Below, in pieces: positions 40,451-53,550 of a stretch of DNA of 64,000 bases. Position 1 is the stretch's first letter, and every line of letters starts with the position of its first letter. Under the pieces are notes generated by a model. It was given only the letters and a program-made list of their open reading frames with translations. It was not told the origin of the DNA and made no database searches. Source of the DNA: Octopus vulgaris (taxonomy: Eukaryota); assembly GCA_951406725.2 (NCBI GenBank), contig OX597814.1, positions 128,092,001 through 128,156,000 on the forward strand. Reading direction: 5' to 3'. The position numbers and the translations under genes were made by a program.

Positions 40451-40605
40451 CTGTTGGGTTCACCTTGCATTTTCTTTGACCATTCCAGCTCCAGACTGAC
40501 CCCTTCAAACCAAGTTTGTGCATCTTCAAAAGGATATTCATAACCTTGTTTACACTTACAGGCATAATTACCCAGACCAAAACCAAAACCTGTCAGTGGG
40601 GAACA
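40451..40605 (-). CDS. Gene B exon 7: EGF-like end of module 2
   Basis: ttacag|TGT...ACAG|gtaagt, phase 0-2; CSPLTGFGFGLGNYACKCKQGYEYPFEDAQTWFEGVSLELEWSKKMQGEPNR. Confidence 0.92.
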
Positions 40606-42260
40606 CTGTAAAGAAAAGAATTGTAAAAAGTTTTCTTCTAACGAGAGCCAAAAGTTGGTGCTTGCCATCAGACATAACATACAAACAGTGTGTGCATGTG
40701 CGTGTGTATGTGTGTGTGTGTCTGTGTGTGTGTGTGTCTGTGTGTGTATGTGTGTGTGTGGAAGGGTGAGTACAGAATATTTTGCTGTCATTCTTTTGTC
40801 CTCGATCATCCCTGATTGCACAAACCTATGATCAAGGCCATGAGAATCCAGTCAGATATATAATGGCAGATGGTGGTGATATATAATATAATATCCAAGG
40901 CGGCGAGCTGGCAGAACCGTTAGCACGCCGGGCGAAATGCGTAGCCATATTTCGTCTGCCGTTACGTTCTGAGTTCAAATTTTGCCAAGGTCGACTTTGC
41001 CTTTCATCCTTTCGGGGTCGATAAATTAAGTACCAGTTACGCACTGGGATCGATAAATTAAGTACCAGTTACGCACTGGGGTCGATGTAATCGACTTAAT
41101 CCGTTTGTCTGTCCTTGTTTGTCCCCTCTATGTTTAGCCCCTTGTGGGTAATAAAGAAACAGATATATAATATCCAGTCAGATATATAATAACAGATGGT
41201 GGTGAGCTGGCAGAAATGTTAGCACGCCGGGCGAAATGCTTAGCGGTATTTTGTCTGCCGTTACGTTCTGAGTTCACATTCTGCCAAGATCAACTTTGCC
41301 TTTCATCCTTTCGGGGTCGATTAAATAAGTACCAGTTACGCACTGGGGTCGATGTAATCGACTTAATCTGTTTGTCTGTCCTTGTTTGTCCCCTCTATGT
41401 TTAGCCCCCTGTCAGCAATAAAGAAATATATATAATAGCAGACTCTCATAGTTCAAGAAAGACAGTTCTGCAGTTTCTTGCTGAACAACCTGTACAAATG
41501 ATTCGTTTATAGTGATCAAATGTAAGTGTTGTTCATTAGTTCACTCCCTCCAAGAAATTGATGTTACCTGGGCAGGTGTATGGTGTTCCACTCAATATTT
41601 GTTGGCGTGATCACAGAGCAGGGCAAGATGATGTGTTTTGTTAAAGAACACAATGTACCACCTGGTCCAAGAATTGAAACTATGACCTTCTGATTGTGAG
41701 TGCAACATCCTAGGCCATATTCTCTCACCTGGCACTTCGTCACTTACAATGACAAGGGTTCCAGTTGATCCGATCAATGGAACAGCCTGTTCATGAAATT
41801 AGCATGCAAGTGGCTGAGCACTCCACAGACACATGTATCCTTAACATAGTTCTCAGGGAGATTCAGCATGACACAGAATGTGACAAGGCTGGCCCTTTCA
41901 AATTCAGGTACAACTCATTTTTGCCAGCTGAGTGAACTGGAGTAACGTGGAAAAAAGTGTCTTGATCAAGGACACAGTGCGTTGCCAGGAATCAAACTTG
42001 TGACCTTATGATTGTGAGCCAAATAACATAACCACTAATCTAGGCACCTTCACTTTGCTGTCACCACACATACATGCACACACACTCACGTGGACATAGT
42101 TTAGGGCCTTGAATTACTAGAAATGAACAGGAGTTATAAAACTAAAGTGAATTAAGTGTTGTAATAGATTTTTAAAAAAAACATTTTTTTCTTATTTTTA
42201 CCATAAAACATTCAAATCTACAAAACTGTAAAATATACAAATTATATTTAGAAGCTTTAC

Positions 42261-42375
42261 CTTTGTAGATGGTGGACATAAAGCAGTGTTTTTAAAAGCA
42301 TTAGCAATGTAGAATGGTTGTTGGCACTGATTAATATCTAAGAACTTCAGGTCTATGTCAATCAAAACAATACCT
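42261..42375 (-). CDS. Gene B exon 6
   Basis: ttctag|A...AAG|gtaaag, phase 2-0; GIVLIDIDLKFLDINQCQQPFYIANAFKNTALCPPSTK (GxxxxDIDLxxLDINQC is typical of the GPR158 family). Confidence 0.92.
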
Positions 42376-42684
42376 CTAGAAATAAAGGAAAAATTAAATA
42401 AGATCTGACCAGCACATAAAGCTGTAAATAACATAAAATTATACCAAGCGGATTAACTCTCTGAGTTTAATAGAGTACTTTATGATAGAGTATCTGTGGC
42501 ACTTTCTACTATATAACATAGGGACCCCAAAATGTGGATAGTATCACATTAGACTGTTTTAATCTTTCTCTTTCTACAGTTTTTCTCTTTCTTATTTGTA
42601 GTCTACAAAAAACACTTGACAATGCTCCATATCTAAAAAGAGAAACTTCACTAAACCCTTCATTAAATGAACAATCACTCTCTT

Positions 42685-42716
<32 letters not shown>

Positions 42717-43441
42717 AGAATTTTTTGTGTAATAAGATAAAAAACCAAGGCTGTATAGATATTAGAGCATTTATAGATAGTAAGGTCTTACGCAAAAAAT
42801 TCTTATATACACACGTTGACATAGAACCAATGTTGAACCATTTATTTGCAATATTACCGAATCTGGAACTTAAATATGGTCTGTTTATAGCACTTATTCA
42901 GCATTACTTGACACCTTTGGGTCTCAATGACACCATTATCTCTTATATATATATATATCATCATCATCATCATCATCATTTAGCGTCCGCTTTCCATGCT
43001 AGCATGGGTTGGACGGTTCAACTGGGGTCTGTGAAGCCAGAAGGCTGCATCAGGCCCAGTCTGATCTGGCAGTGTTTCTACGGCTGGATGCCCTTCCTAA
43101 TGCCAACCACTCCGTGAGTATAGTGGGTGCTTTTTACGTGCCACCCGCACAGGTGCCAGACGGAGCTGGCAAATGGCCACGGACGGATGGTGCTTTTTAA
43201 GTGCCACCAGCACAGGGCCAGGCGAGGCTGACAACGGCCACGAATGGATGGTGCTTTTTACGTGCCACCGGCACGAGGCCAGTCTGGGCGGCGCTGGCAA
43301 CGACCATATTCGGATGGTTCTCAGCTGCAATTTCCATTGATCGATTTCGATTCTGATCCTCACTTGCCTCAACAGGTCTTCACAAGTAGAGTTTTGTGTC
43401 CCAATCTAGATGCTAAATTCATTGTACTCATTGCTGCCTCT

Positions 43442-43662
43442 TACAAGGAGGTGCTGAAAAGTTCCTGGTTTGGGGTGCAAGAAAATAAGGAGGATCAGTT
43501 AATTATAATTTTATTCTACATATTCCACTCTCAGATTCACATACTTTTATTGCAATGGTCCTCCAGTTTTTCTAATCCCTGTAAAAGAATTCGGAAGGTT
43601 GGGCCTACAACCAGACCTTTTGGAATACTCTTAAAGCCAGGAACTTTTCAGCACCCCATTAT
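43442..43662. mobile_element. Tc1/mariner-type MITE
   Basis: TIR ggtgctgaaaagttcctgg / ccaggaacttttcagcacc with TA-like ends. Confidence 0.7.
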
Positions 43663-45246
43663 ACATTGCCAACTGTACCTCTTTTTATGGGTTGATGGCT
43701 TATATAGTACCTTCCTTGTCAGGGATCATCAGATCAGATCAGAGTGAAGGCCCCTGTCAAAAGCATTTCCAGGTTAACAAATGCTAAGTAAAGGGATTCA
43801 TTCCTTGCTAAGCACATCTGTACTTTTCCTGTACTTACTTCACTATGAATATGGCATCAGTGGTACCTCTTCCTACCACAAAGCCAAACTACATCTCATT
43901 CAGGTCAAACCTATTCCCAATCAATTTTGTTACAATGGTTCCATCTTTTACTCTCTGCTAAGTTCCCCTTCTTTTCTCCAACATTTCCTTATTGTTATTT
44001 TTACATCTTGAAACTCTTTCTGTTGCCGATTACTTAGCTCTGTAGTATGAAAGGAACCTGCTGACAGTCACACAGACTGAGGCAAGTAGAGTTATAGCTC
44101 TTGTTAGGAACCCAGTAAAACAGTCGTACTAGAATGTTATACACTTTTCACAGTAAGAATTGTTAAAACGTATCAAATAACTCTAAACATTTTTGTTATT
44201 CAGAATATCAGGATTATAGAGGCAAGTAGGGAAATGGCAAAGTTCTTTGAGCTAGGACAAAATACTTTGTGGTATTTGTTCCTGTTCACTATATTCAGAG
44301 TTCAAATCCTGCCAAGCTTATCTTTGCCTGTCAACCTTCTGGTGTCGATCACATAAAAGTGCCTTGCCATGGATGTGGATTAGTAAAATAGAATATTGAC
44401 AAAATGCCTTGTGGTAATAGTTCTGGTGGATCTCTATGTTCTGAGTTCTTGGTTGGTAGACTTAATCTTTTGCTCAGCTTAAAACCACCACCTCACACGC
44501 AGTGTACTATTAGAAGAGTTTACTTTGTGGCAAGCATTTGGACAAGATTTCTGGTTTGAGGAAAACTTCCACCAGAGGTCATCATCATATCATCATCATC
44601 ATTTAACGTCCACTTTCCATGCTGGCATGGGTTAGACGATTTGACTGGAACTGGTGAGCCTGAGAGCTGCACCAGGTTCCAGTCTGATTTGGTATGGTTT
44701 CTACTGCTGGATGCCCTTCTTAATGCCAGCCACTCTAAGAGTATAATGATTGCTTTTTACATGCTGCCAGCATTGGTACTATTTACATGATGCTGGCAAC
44801 AGCCACAACTACAATTTCATAGGTGCCAGCAGGGTGCTATTTACATGACACCAGCAATAGCCATAACTATGCTTTCACGAGTACCATTTACATGGCACTG
44901 GTAACAGCCATAACTATGACTAGAATTTCACTTGGTTTGACAAGTCTTCTCAGCACTGCCTTACCAAAGGCTTCAGTTAATTGTCATTGCCTCCATGAGG
45001 CCCAACATTCGAAAGATCATTCTACCAGCAACGGCCATGATTACGATTTCATGGGTACCATTTATGTGACACAGGCAATAGACACAACTATGATTTCACT
45101 TGGCTTGATGAGTTTCCTCAAGCACAAAATAAAGGGTCACAAATGTTGCCCTTCCCTATTCATGAAATTGTACAAGAACAAAGAAAAAGGACCTGGAAAT
45201 AAGAATTTATAAATCTGAAAAAATAATAAATAAACTGTTAACTTAC

Positions 45247-46081
45247 GTAAACTTTACAGAGGAGAGATATATATTCCGACTAAAAAATGGAACACTATAA
45301 GTGATGACCCATTTGTCAATTCTTCCATCACAACGATAAGTTGGTCCACTCCATCGACCAGACTTAAAAGTAGGTGCTTTGTAAACCAAATCACTGTATT
45401 TGAAGTGGCTTTGATATGTTCCATTGATATTAGATCGCACAAAGGCTTTAATATGGAATTCTTTCAATTCACTTATATTTGATCTAAAACGTTCTTTTGC
45501 TGTTTTGAACCCTGGTGTATTCAAATAACTCTCTTTCAATCCTGCAGCATCTATTGCCCAAAAACCTTGATCGTTTCTATAAGCCCAAGGTCCAAAGAGG
45601 GCCTTTTCTGTTCCATCAGCTCCAATAAATTGGTAGCTGTCAAAAAGTACAGCAGAAGAAAGTATTTTGTGGTCTGACATCACGTTAGCTAAAACCTCAG
45701 CAAATATGTGATCTTCTTGAAGTTGTTGTCCTCCATCCAGTATTCCAAAATGTACATTATACTCATTGTTTTGTAAAAAACTGCTCAGAAAATGCGCCAG
45801 ATGTAGAGCTGTTCTGGCCTGAGATTCAAACTGTTTTTCAGCTCCATATATTACTGACCCAGACAATGACAAGCTTGATGGAGGTTGTTTATGACAGTTT
45901 ATGTTATTTATAACACCCATTTTTTTCATAAGAGTTTTTATCTTAGCAGCATTACTTTTATCATAAGCATTTCGACGATGGCGTGAAGTGCTACGTCTGA
46001 TATTTCTTTTCGTATTTAATGTACTCTGCTGTTGCCTGTACATTGTTGTATTGTAATGTTTTCCCAGATGTACTTTGCGAT
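45247..46081 (-). CDS. Gene B exon 5: polybasic linker and Cache-like module 2
   Basis: tttcag|AT...TTAC|gtaagt, phase 1-2; QARTALHLAHFLSSFLQ...FAEVLANVMSDHKILSSAVLFD...LFGPWAYR...GRWSGPTYRCDGRIDKWVITYSVPFF. Confidence 0.92.
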
Positions 46082-46864
46082 CTGAAATACAAAATGTCAA
46101 TGATAAAGTTAGCATTCTATATACTATTTGCATTTGGTGGGAATGTGAAAGCGTTGAAGATGTATGGTTATTAAGGAATTTCAATTCTAGCTCACATACA
46201 TCCATTACCAATGTCAACTAGATTACACACTGAGATGTGGTGCAACCACTTCCAAATAGAAGATGGCTGAAACCCCAAGACATCTTTTACTGAGAGTCAG
46301 CCACTTGCATCCAGGCTTGTTTGGATATCATTCTTATTCTGCAAGACTGTCTTTAAATGTGACATGCAGGCCACTGATACCAACTTATCAAGTTGGAAAG
46401 CCTTGACAGCAGATCACATCAGGGAACGACACATTGGGTTGTGAAATCTTATTATCAAGAATTACAGGTGATCATGGTGGCAGAACATTTGTTTATAGGC
46501 CTGTTTACAGCAAGACCTATGACCTATGACTTTGGTCTTGGTCTGCAAAGGATTAACCTGGGACCACCACTACCAACAACAACAACAACAATAATTCTTT
46601 TAGAGACTCAACTCAGAGAACCTGTCATGCTGGTGAAGCTCCCTATTATCATTGAATGGTACAGTAGCACTTCAGCAGACCAAAATATCACAGGCACTAA
46701 CCATTCCCATGTAATTCTGTTATTAATTTATACTATATTTTATACTATATTATTTTATACTAGCTTAAAAGCCGCACTTTGTGTGGACTTTTGAGCTAGC
46801 TCCCGTGGAGATCTAATTGGGCCTGTGGCCCTAAACTAAAGAGAGCTAAATAGCATGACTATAA

Positions 46865-47052
46865 TACAGTTCTATATTTAAGAGATGAGGAATTATGTAC
46901 ATTATTTACAATTGATGGATATTTGTCCTCATCTTGTTTGTTGTTACCAGAACATTTCTGTTGATATACCCTCCAACCTTCATCAGGTGTCTTGGGGAAA
47001 TTTCGAACCTGGGTTCTCATTCCTAAGGTATTTTACGATGTTATTATAATTA

Positions 47053-47107
<55 letters not shown>

Positions 47108-47255
47108 CATTATTATCATTATCATTATTGTTATTATTCAGGTCACTGCTTGGAATCGAACTCGGAATCTCGGGGTTAAGAGCATGTGCTACTAACCCCA
47201 AGATTCCAAGTTCGATTCCAGGCAGTGACCTGTAATAATAATAATAATAATAATG

Positions 47256-47298
<43 letters not shown>

Positions 47299-47395
47299 AC
47301 CTGATGAAGGTTGGAGGGTATATCAGCCGAAATGTTGTATTAACAAAAACATGATGAGGACAAATATCCATCAATTGTAAATAATGTAAATAATG
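46865..47395. mobile_element. Fold-back element with tRNA-like centre, (TAA)n spacers and a hammerhead motif in each arm
   Basis: TSD agcatgactataa at 46852-46864 and 47396-47408; central hairpin 47139-47232; ACAC-CTGATGA-AGGTTG...CAGCC-GAAA at ~47297-47340 and its inverse at ~46950-46990. Confidence 0.8.
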
Positions 47396-47986
47396 AGCAT
47401 GACTATAAGATGTCTATAATGACAATATGAGAATTAATTCTGTAAAGCAATCATTCTATTGCTCCAGTCCCAAGTTGAATTCCAACTGTTGGTCAATTTG
47501 TCTCAAAGTTCTTATCTTGACATAAAATTAATGAAGCAGATGTCATTTATCTCCCCCTTGATCTCTGCTGTCATCTGACAAAGGCCAACCAAGATGGTGG
47601 GAATTAGCCAAGATTTATCTGCTAGAAATAGCACCCCAAATGTTTTAAATCATATTCCAATGCTTGATGTTCAAGAACCAAATGGAGGGCATATTTTCAA
47701 TCTTGGGATAACTCTGACCCCAAAAAGGTATATATCCATGTAGAGCAAATGTAGACTGACATACAGGGGTCCCAGATGGACAGACAGAAGTTCACTTTCA
47801 TTTTTATAGATGATGTTGTCTGTGAACCATAATGTCAGTGGTTATAAGGTTCCAAGAGGCCTGCATTTCTCATGGCAAGAGTGACAAAGAAGTATCTCGG
47901 CAAGTTGGGAAGAATACTGCAAAGTATTTTTGCTAAATGCACTGGTTTATCAGTAACTGTATAACTTTCCCCCGTTCCTCTCTCTT

Positions 47987-48043
<57 letters not shown>

Positions 48044-48262
48044 CCACATACCCCCTCCCCCCACACGCACATTCACAGATACTCACATGTGCACTCACAC
48101 ATACATATTCTTTTCTACTCTAGGCACAAGGCCTGAAATTTTGGGGGAGGGGAGGTAGTTGATTAGATTGACCCCAGTATGCAACTAGTCCTTAATTTAT
48201 CAACCCTGAAAGGATGAAAGGCAAAGTCGACCTCGGTGGACTCACACATACATATTACTTAC

Positions 48263-48428
48263 GTTGAATGGGAGTGCATGTGAAACCATACTCGTATTCC
48301 TCTTGAGTAGCTTGTTCTATTAGTGATCCTTGGAATGGTGGTTTAATTTGGGATGGGTATTTATAGCCTTGTTTGCAGACACATTTGTAACCTCCTCGTT
48401 TAAAGCCATAACCAGATACATGCTTGCA
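48263..48428 (-). CDS. Gene B exon 4: EGF-like/Cys-rich end of module 1
   Basis: tttcag|TGC...CAAC|gtaagt, phase 0-1; CKHVSGYGFKRGGYKCVCKQGYKYPSQIKPPFQGSLIEQATQEEYEYGFTCTPIQ. Confidence 0.9.
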
Positions 48429-48759
48429 CTGAAAAATTAAAATAACATCTTTTAGATATTAGGATATACACATATGTAGGCGTAAGAGTGGCTGTGTGGT
48501 AAGTAGCTTGTTTACGAACCACATGGTTCCAGGTTCAGTCCCACTGCATGGCACCTTGGGCAAGTGTCTTCTACTATAGCCTTGGGCCGACCAAAGCCTT
48601 GTGAGTGGATTTGGTAGACGGAAACTGAAAGAAGCCTGTCATATATATGTGTATATATGTATATTTGTATGTGTGTGTATATGTTTGTGTGTCTGTGTTT
48701 GTCCCCCCAACATCGCTTGACAACTGATGCTGGTGTGTTTACGTCCCCCGTAACTTAGT

Positions 48760-49432
48760 GCCATTTTAGCAGTCGCTTGTCCAGCCTGGAACTGTAAAAG
48801 CCTGGCAAGTAAAATCTTGGAAAGCCTATTTTACAGCATCGTCGGAATTAAATCTTTTTTCTATCAAAAAGTTATTTAAATTCTGGAAGAAGTGGTAGTC
48901 AGTGGAAGCAAGATCAGGTAGTATAGTGGATGACAGAGAATTTCCAACTCAAACTTCTGTAGTTTCGCCAATGTCATTTTTGCGATGTGTGGTCTGGCAT
49001 TGTCTTGCAATAAAATAGGAGTGGATCTGTTAACTAATTTAGGCTGTTTTTTGTAAGTTTTTGCATCATTTGGTCCAGTTGGCTGCAGTATACTTTGGCT
49101 GTGATTGATGAGCCATGATTAACGAAACACACACCATCAGACCACCAAACACACACCATCAGTTTCTTTTGATGAATTTTGCTATTTGTACTGTGTTTTG
49201 GTGGCTCGTCTTTGTCCAACCATTATGCTGAACATTTACGGTTGTTGTATTGGAAACATTTCTCATCACATGTTACAATTTGATTCAAAGATGATTAATT
49301 TTTGTGATGAGAAAGTAGCATAATGCAGGCTTCCAAACGTTGCTGTTTCTGATTTTCATTGAGTTCATGTGGAACCCACTTATCCAAATTTTTCACTTTA
49401 CCGATTTGAACTAGGTAAGTGAATATTGTAAG
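48760..49432 (-). mobile_element. Mariner transposase remnant
   Basis: WVPHEL, KLMVCVWW, QDNARPH and PDLASTDY-like motifs with frameshifts; abuts and truncates a SINE at ~48760. Confidence 0.85.
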
Positions 49433-49672
49433 TGAGGGCATCCAGCTGTAGAGAATCTGCTACAACAAATTCTATCTCACCCATGCAAATATGGAAAAGT
49501 GAACATTAAATTTTGATGATGATGACAACACTGATGATGATGATGACATTTTTGGAGATGGGAATATTGGTACACTCTAGTAGTGGTGTGAACCAAAGGT
49601 ACAGTAATGTAACGTGGGTATGGCAGTCTAAGATAAACGTGATATATAACAGTTCTCCCAGTATAATTATAC

Positions 49673-49799
49673 CTTTGTTGTTGGTTTACATCTGTCAATT
49701 CCAGCAAGATAATTTGGTAAAGGATTTCCAATGCTTATAGGACAGGCATTAAAATCAATTTTTCGAAAGTATGTATCCATGGTAACCAATGCCACTATT
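49673..49799 (-). CDS. Gene B exon 3
   Basis: ttctag|A...AAG|gtataa, phase 2-0; IVALVTMDTYFRKIDFNACPISIGNPLPNYLAGIDRCKPTTK; not in the ORF track. Confidence 0.88.
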
Positions 49800-50156
49800 C
49801 TAGAAAAAATAAAATAAAAACAATAAAAATATACTCACATACACAATCAAAAACAAAACGAAGTAAAATGGCATATATTTGTAATTGTAAAATTTCAGCT
49901 GCTTCACAGAATGACAAAAAATATAGGAAATACTAAGAAAGAAAAAAGGTTCAATTTGTTGAAAAACATTTGAACACATAGACGCAGGAATGGCTGTGTG
50001 GTAGGTAGCTTGCTTACCAACCACATGGTTCTGGGTTCAGTCCCATTGGGTGGCACCTTGGGCAAGTGTCTTCTACTATAACCTTGGGCTGACCAAAGCC
50101 TTGTGAGTGGATCTGGTAGACAGAAACTGAAAGAAGCCCATTGAACATATATATAT

Positions 50157-52235
50157 GGTCGTTATATTGACGACATTATCGGTGCCACCTCACTCTCCCG
50201 CGAACATCTAGATTCCTTCCTCTCTTTCGTCCAATCTTTCCATCCAGCCCTCCACTTCACTTCCACTATCTCCAACACCTCTGTCTCCTTCCTCGACATT
50301 TCGGTTAGCATTCTTCACTCCACTCTTACCACCTCCATTCACTACAAACACACAGACTCACACTCATACCTCAACTTCTCTTCCTCCCACCCAGAACACA
50401 CCAAGCTTTCCATCCCCTATTCCCAATTCCTCCGTCTACGTAGGCTCTGTAGTGACGACCATGACTTTGAGACTCAGTCTCAACGTATGGCTCACCACTT
50501 CACCCTACGTGGATACCCCCTCACCACTATCCACACCGCCCTTTGCCAGAGCACGGTCCGTGGACCGTGTATCTGCTCTCTCTCCCCGAACCCGCCCTGT
50601 AGTCTCCCGCCTCCCTTTTCCCCTCACTTACCACCCCACGACCCTACGTCTCCAACGCACCATTCTTCGAGCTTTCCGTCATCTCCAGTCCGACCCGTCC
50701 ACTTCACACCTCTTCCCTAACCGACCCCTCCCCTCTTTCAAACGAGCCCACAACCTTCGAGACCTTTTGGTCCATAGCTCCTTCCCTGACCCTACCTCCC
50801 AACCCGGCTCGTTCCCCTGCTCCCGCCCACGTTGCCGCACTTGCCCTTACCTGTCCAACACCACCCGCCTCACTAGCACCCACCATCGACCCTATCCCAT
50901 CATCCACTCCTTCACCTGCACCTCCAGCAATATTATCTATTGCATCTCTTACTCTCTCTGCAATTCCTTGTACATCGGACAAACGGGACGCCGCTTGGCT
51001 GACCGGTTTGCGGAACACCTTCGTGACATCCACCTTGCGAACGACACACCGGTCTCACGCCATTTCCGCTCCACCGGTCACTCCTTGCAACACCTATCTG
51101 TGTTCGGTTTGTCCTTACACAGAGGCCATCCGGATTCCCGTTTGCGCCGTGAACAGGAATTAATCTTCTCTCTTCGCTCTTATACGCCATTTGGTCTCAA
51201 CTCTCCCCCCTCCTCATCTAACCCCCTTTCCCCCCTCCTCACCTATCCTTTCTCCCCCGACCCCTACTTCTTCAGTCCTTCATCCTTTCACCCCTACTTC
51301 TTCAGTCCTTCATCCTTTCACCCCTACTCCCCTTCCCTTCTTCCCTCTTTCTCCCTCCCTCTTCCCCTTCCCTCTGCTCCCTCACTCCCTCTCTCCCCTT
51401 CTCTCTCCCCCTCTCCCTCTTTCCTCCTTCATCCCCCTCATCCCCTTCCTTCTCCCCCATCCTCTCCTCTCCCCCTTCTCCTCCCCCTCTTCTTCCCCTC
51501 CCCTTCTCTCCCCCTCTTCTCCCCTCCCCCTCTTCTCCTCACTACACCACATGACTTTACACATCACATCACATCACATATGATGTGCCATACTAATACA
51601 CACACCAACTAATACATACTAATACGTACTAATACATACTAGTACATACTAATACTTACACCAACCCTATACATACACACGTCCAGACCCCGCATACGCA
51701 CTTATACTCTCTCTCACACACACACACACACCTATACATACCAATACGTACTAATACATACTAATACATACTAATACATACACCAACCCCATACATACGC
51801 ACGTCCAGACCAATCTTACGCACTAATACTCTCTCATACACACACACACACACACACACACACCCTTATACATACTAATACATACACCAACCCTATACAT
51901 ACACACATCCAGACCCCTCCCACGCACTTTTAGCTGGTCCCTCAACCCATTTATCAACCCTATTATCTCCCCTTATTTCGCTCTCGCGTCTCATGTTTGA
52001 TCTTTGACCTCTGGCCGAAATCAGATCGCCATGTTGATTCGTTAGCTACTGCACGCATTTTTTTCTCTCCTTCTTTCTGTGTTTTTCTCTCTCCGTGTAG
52101 CTTTCTGTTGAAGAGCGTAGGCTCGAAACGTTAAAGACTTGTTTTATTTATATTTCCTGAGCGCCATACTAATACAATTGTTCGTTTGTTTTCCACCTGC
52201 CTTCGTCTTTTGTTTATTTTCATAAAGCTTCCCGT
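50157..52235 (+). mobile_element. 5'-truncated Penelope-like retroelement (RT C-terminal part, GIY-YIG endonuclease, 3' pLTR-like end)
   Basis: RYIDD...FLD...YKHTDSHSYL...HPEHTKLSIPYSQFLRLRRLCS; frameshift near 50545; then CxRxRCxTC and IIYCI...LYIGQTGRRLADRFAEH. Inserted in the (TA)n of a SINE whose head is at ~49980-50150 and tail at ~52240-52480. Confidence 0.92.
52101..52136 (+). ncRNA. Minimal type-I hammerhead-ribozyme-like motif in the Penelope 3' end
   Basis: CTTT-CTGTTGA-A-GAGC-GTAG-GCTC-GAAA-CG-TTA-AAG: stem I, CUGNNGA variant core, stem II hairpin, GAAA, palindromic ACGT stem III. Confidence 0.7.
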
Positions 52236-52289
<54 letters not shown>

Positions 52290-53501
52290 TCTCCCAAACA
52301 TCGCTTGACAACCGATGCTGGTGTGTTTACATACCTGTAACTTAGTGGTTTGGCAAAAGAGACCGATAGAATAAGTACTACGCTTACAAAGAATAAGTCC
52401 TGGGGGTCGATTTACTTGACTAAAGGAAGTGCTCCATCATGGCCACAGCCAAATGACTGAAACAAGTAAAAAAAATAAAAGGATATATCCAATAATTCTA
52501 AAACAGAAAAAAAAATACTTCTAGCTGTTCAGAGATGTAATTTTATGATTAAAATGAAATTCTAGATTTAAATTTTTTGAACATATTCTTTATGATTCAT
52601 AAAGTAAGAGCAGTTTTTGATGCCTCACTGAAATAATTAAATTTAGAAGTAGCAATGTGTGTGTGTGTGTGTGCACTTTTAACTGCTAGTGGTCAAACCA
52701 AAGTTATTGCTCAATCAAGCATTGAAGGAGTCTGACCTAGAAACAATAACTTCTTTCTGTCAATCTCTTTAAATATAATCACACTCATACACACGCATGC
52801 ACACACATACACAAACAAATATACATTTATACATACATACATTTTCAGGAGTGTTCTATTGTTTCCCTTTTCTCTGTCTTTGTTCCAAAAGCAGACTTTT
52901 TAATTGAATTAATTGGTGTCTCTATGGTGGCAAAATCTATAGTTATTATTTACCATAAAAGAGAATCCATTATATTTTGTAAGAAGTCAAGATACCTTTT
53001 TATATTGAAACAGAGCATCTTCATGTCTGATTGCTGGGATGTGGTGAGGGTCACTCCTGTATTGAGTGCTACATACTCTTTGTGTTAGGGGTCTAGAGGG
53101 GTCCAGGGCAATTGCCCCTATTCACCACTCTATACATCCAACCTTATATATATATATATATATATATATTATGGAGATGTACTTGCATAGCAAGTGACCT
53201 GATCAGAGATTGAGTGCTGAAACAAAAACAATTGCAATGCAGAAGGTGTTTATAACCATTTAAAAACAATAAAAAACTGTTAGATTCACTTCAACATTCA
53301 AATTTAATTTGTCAAAATATTTTTGTTGCTTTGAGATCGCAACCTGTTCACTGACAAAATTCTGTGCTGAATCTCTGAATTTTGTCAGTGAACAGGTTTC
53401 GGTCTCAAAGCGATGAAAATATTTTGACTAAATTTAAATGTTGAAGTGAATTTAACAATTTTTGTATGTTTTTAAATGGCTTATAAACACCTTCCATGCT
53501 G

Positions 53502-53550
<49 letters not shown>

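Noticed and set aside
46393-48098. Extra gene B exon between exons 4 and 5
   Set aside because: The candidate acceptors I tested hit in-frame stops, and exons 4 and 5 already join in phase
50452-51612. 386-aa ORF as a host gene
   Set aside because: Penelope GIY-YIG region running into a CT-rich low-complexity tract; frameshifted relative to the RT part
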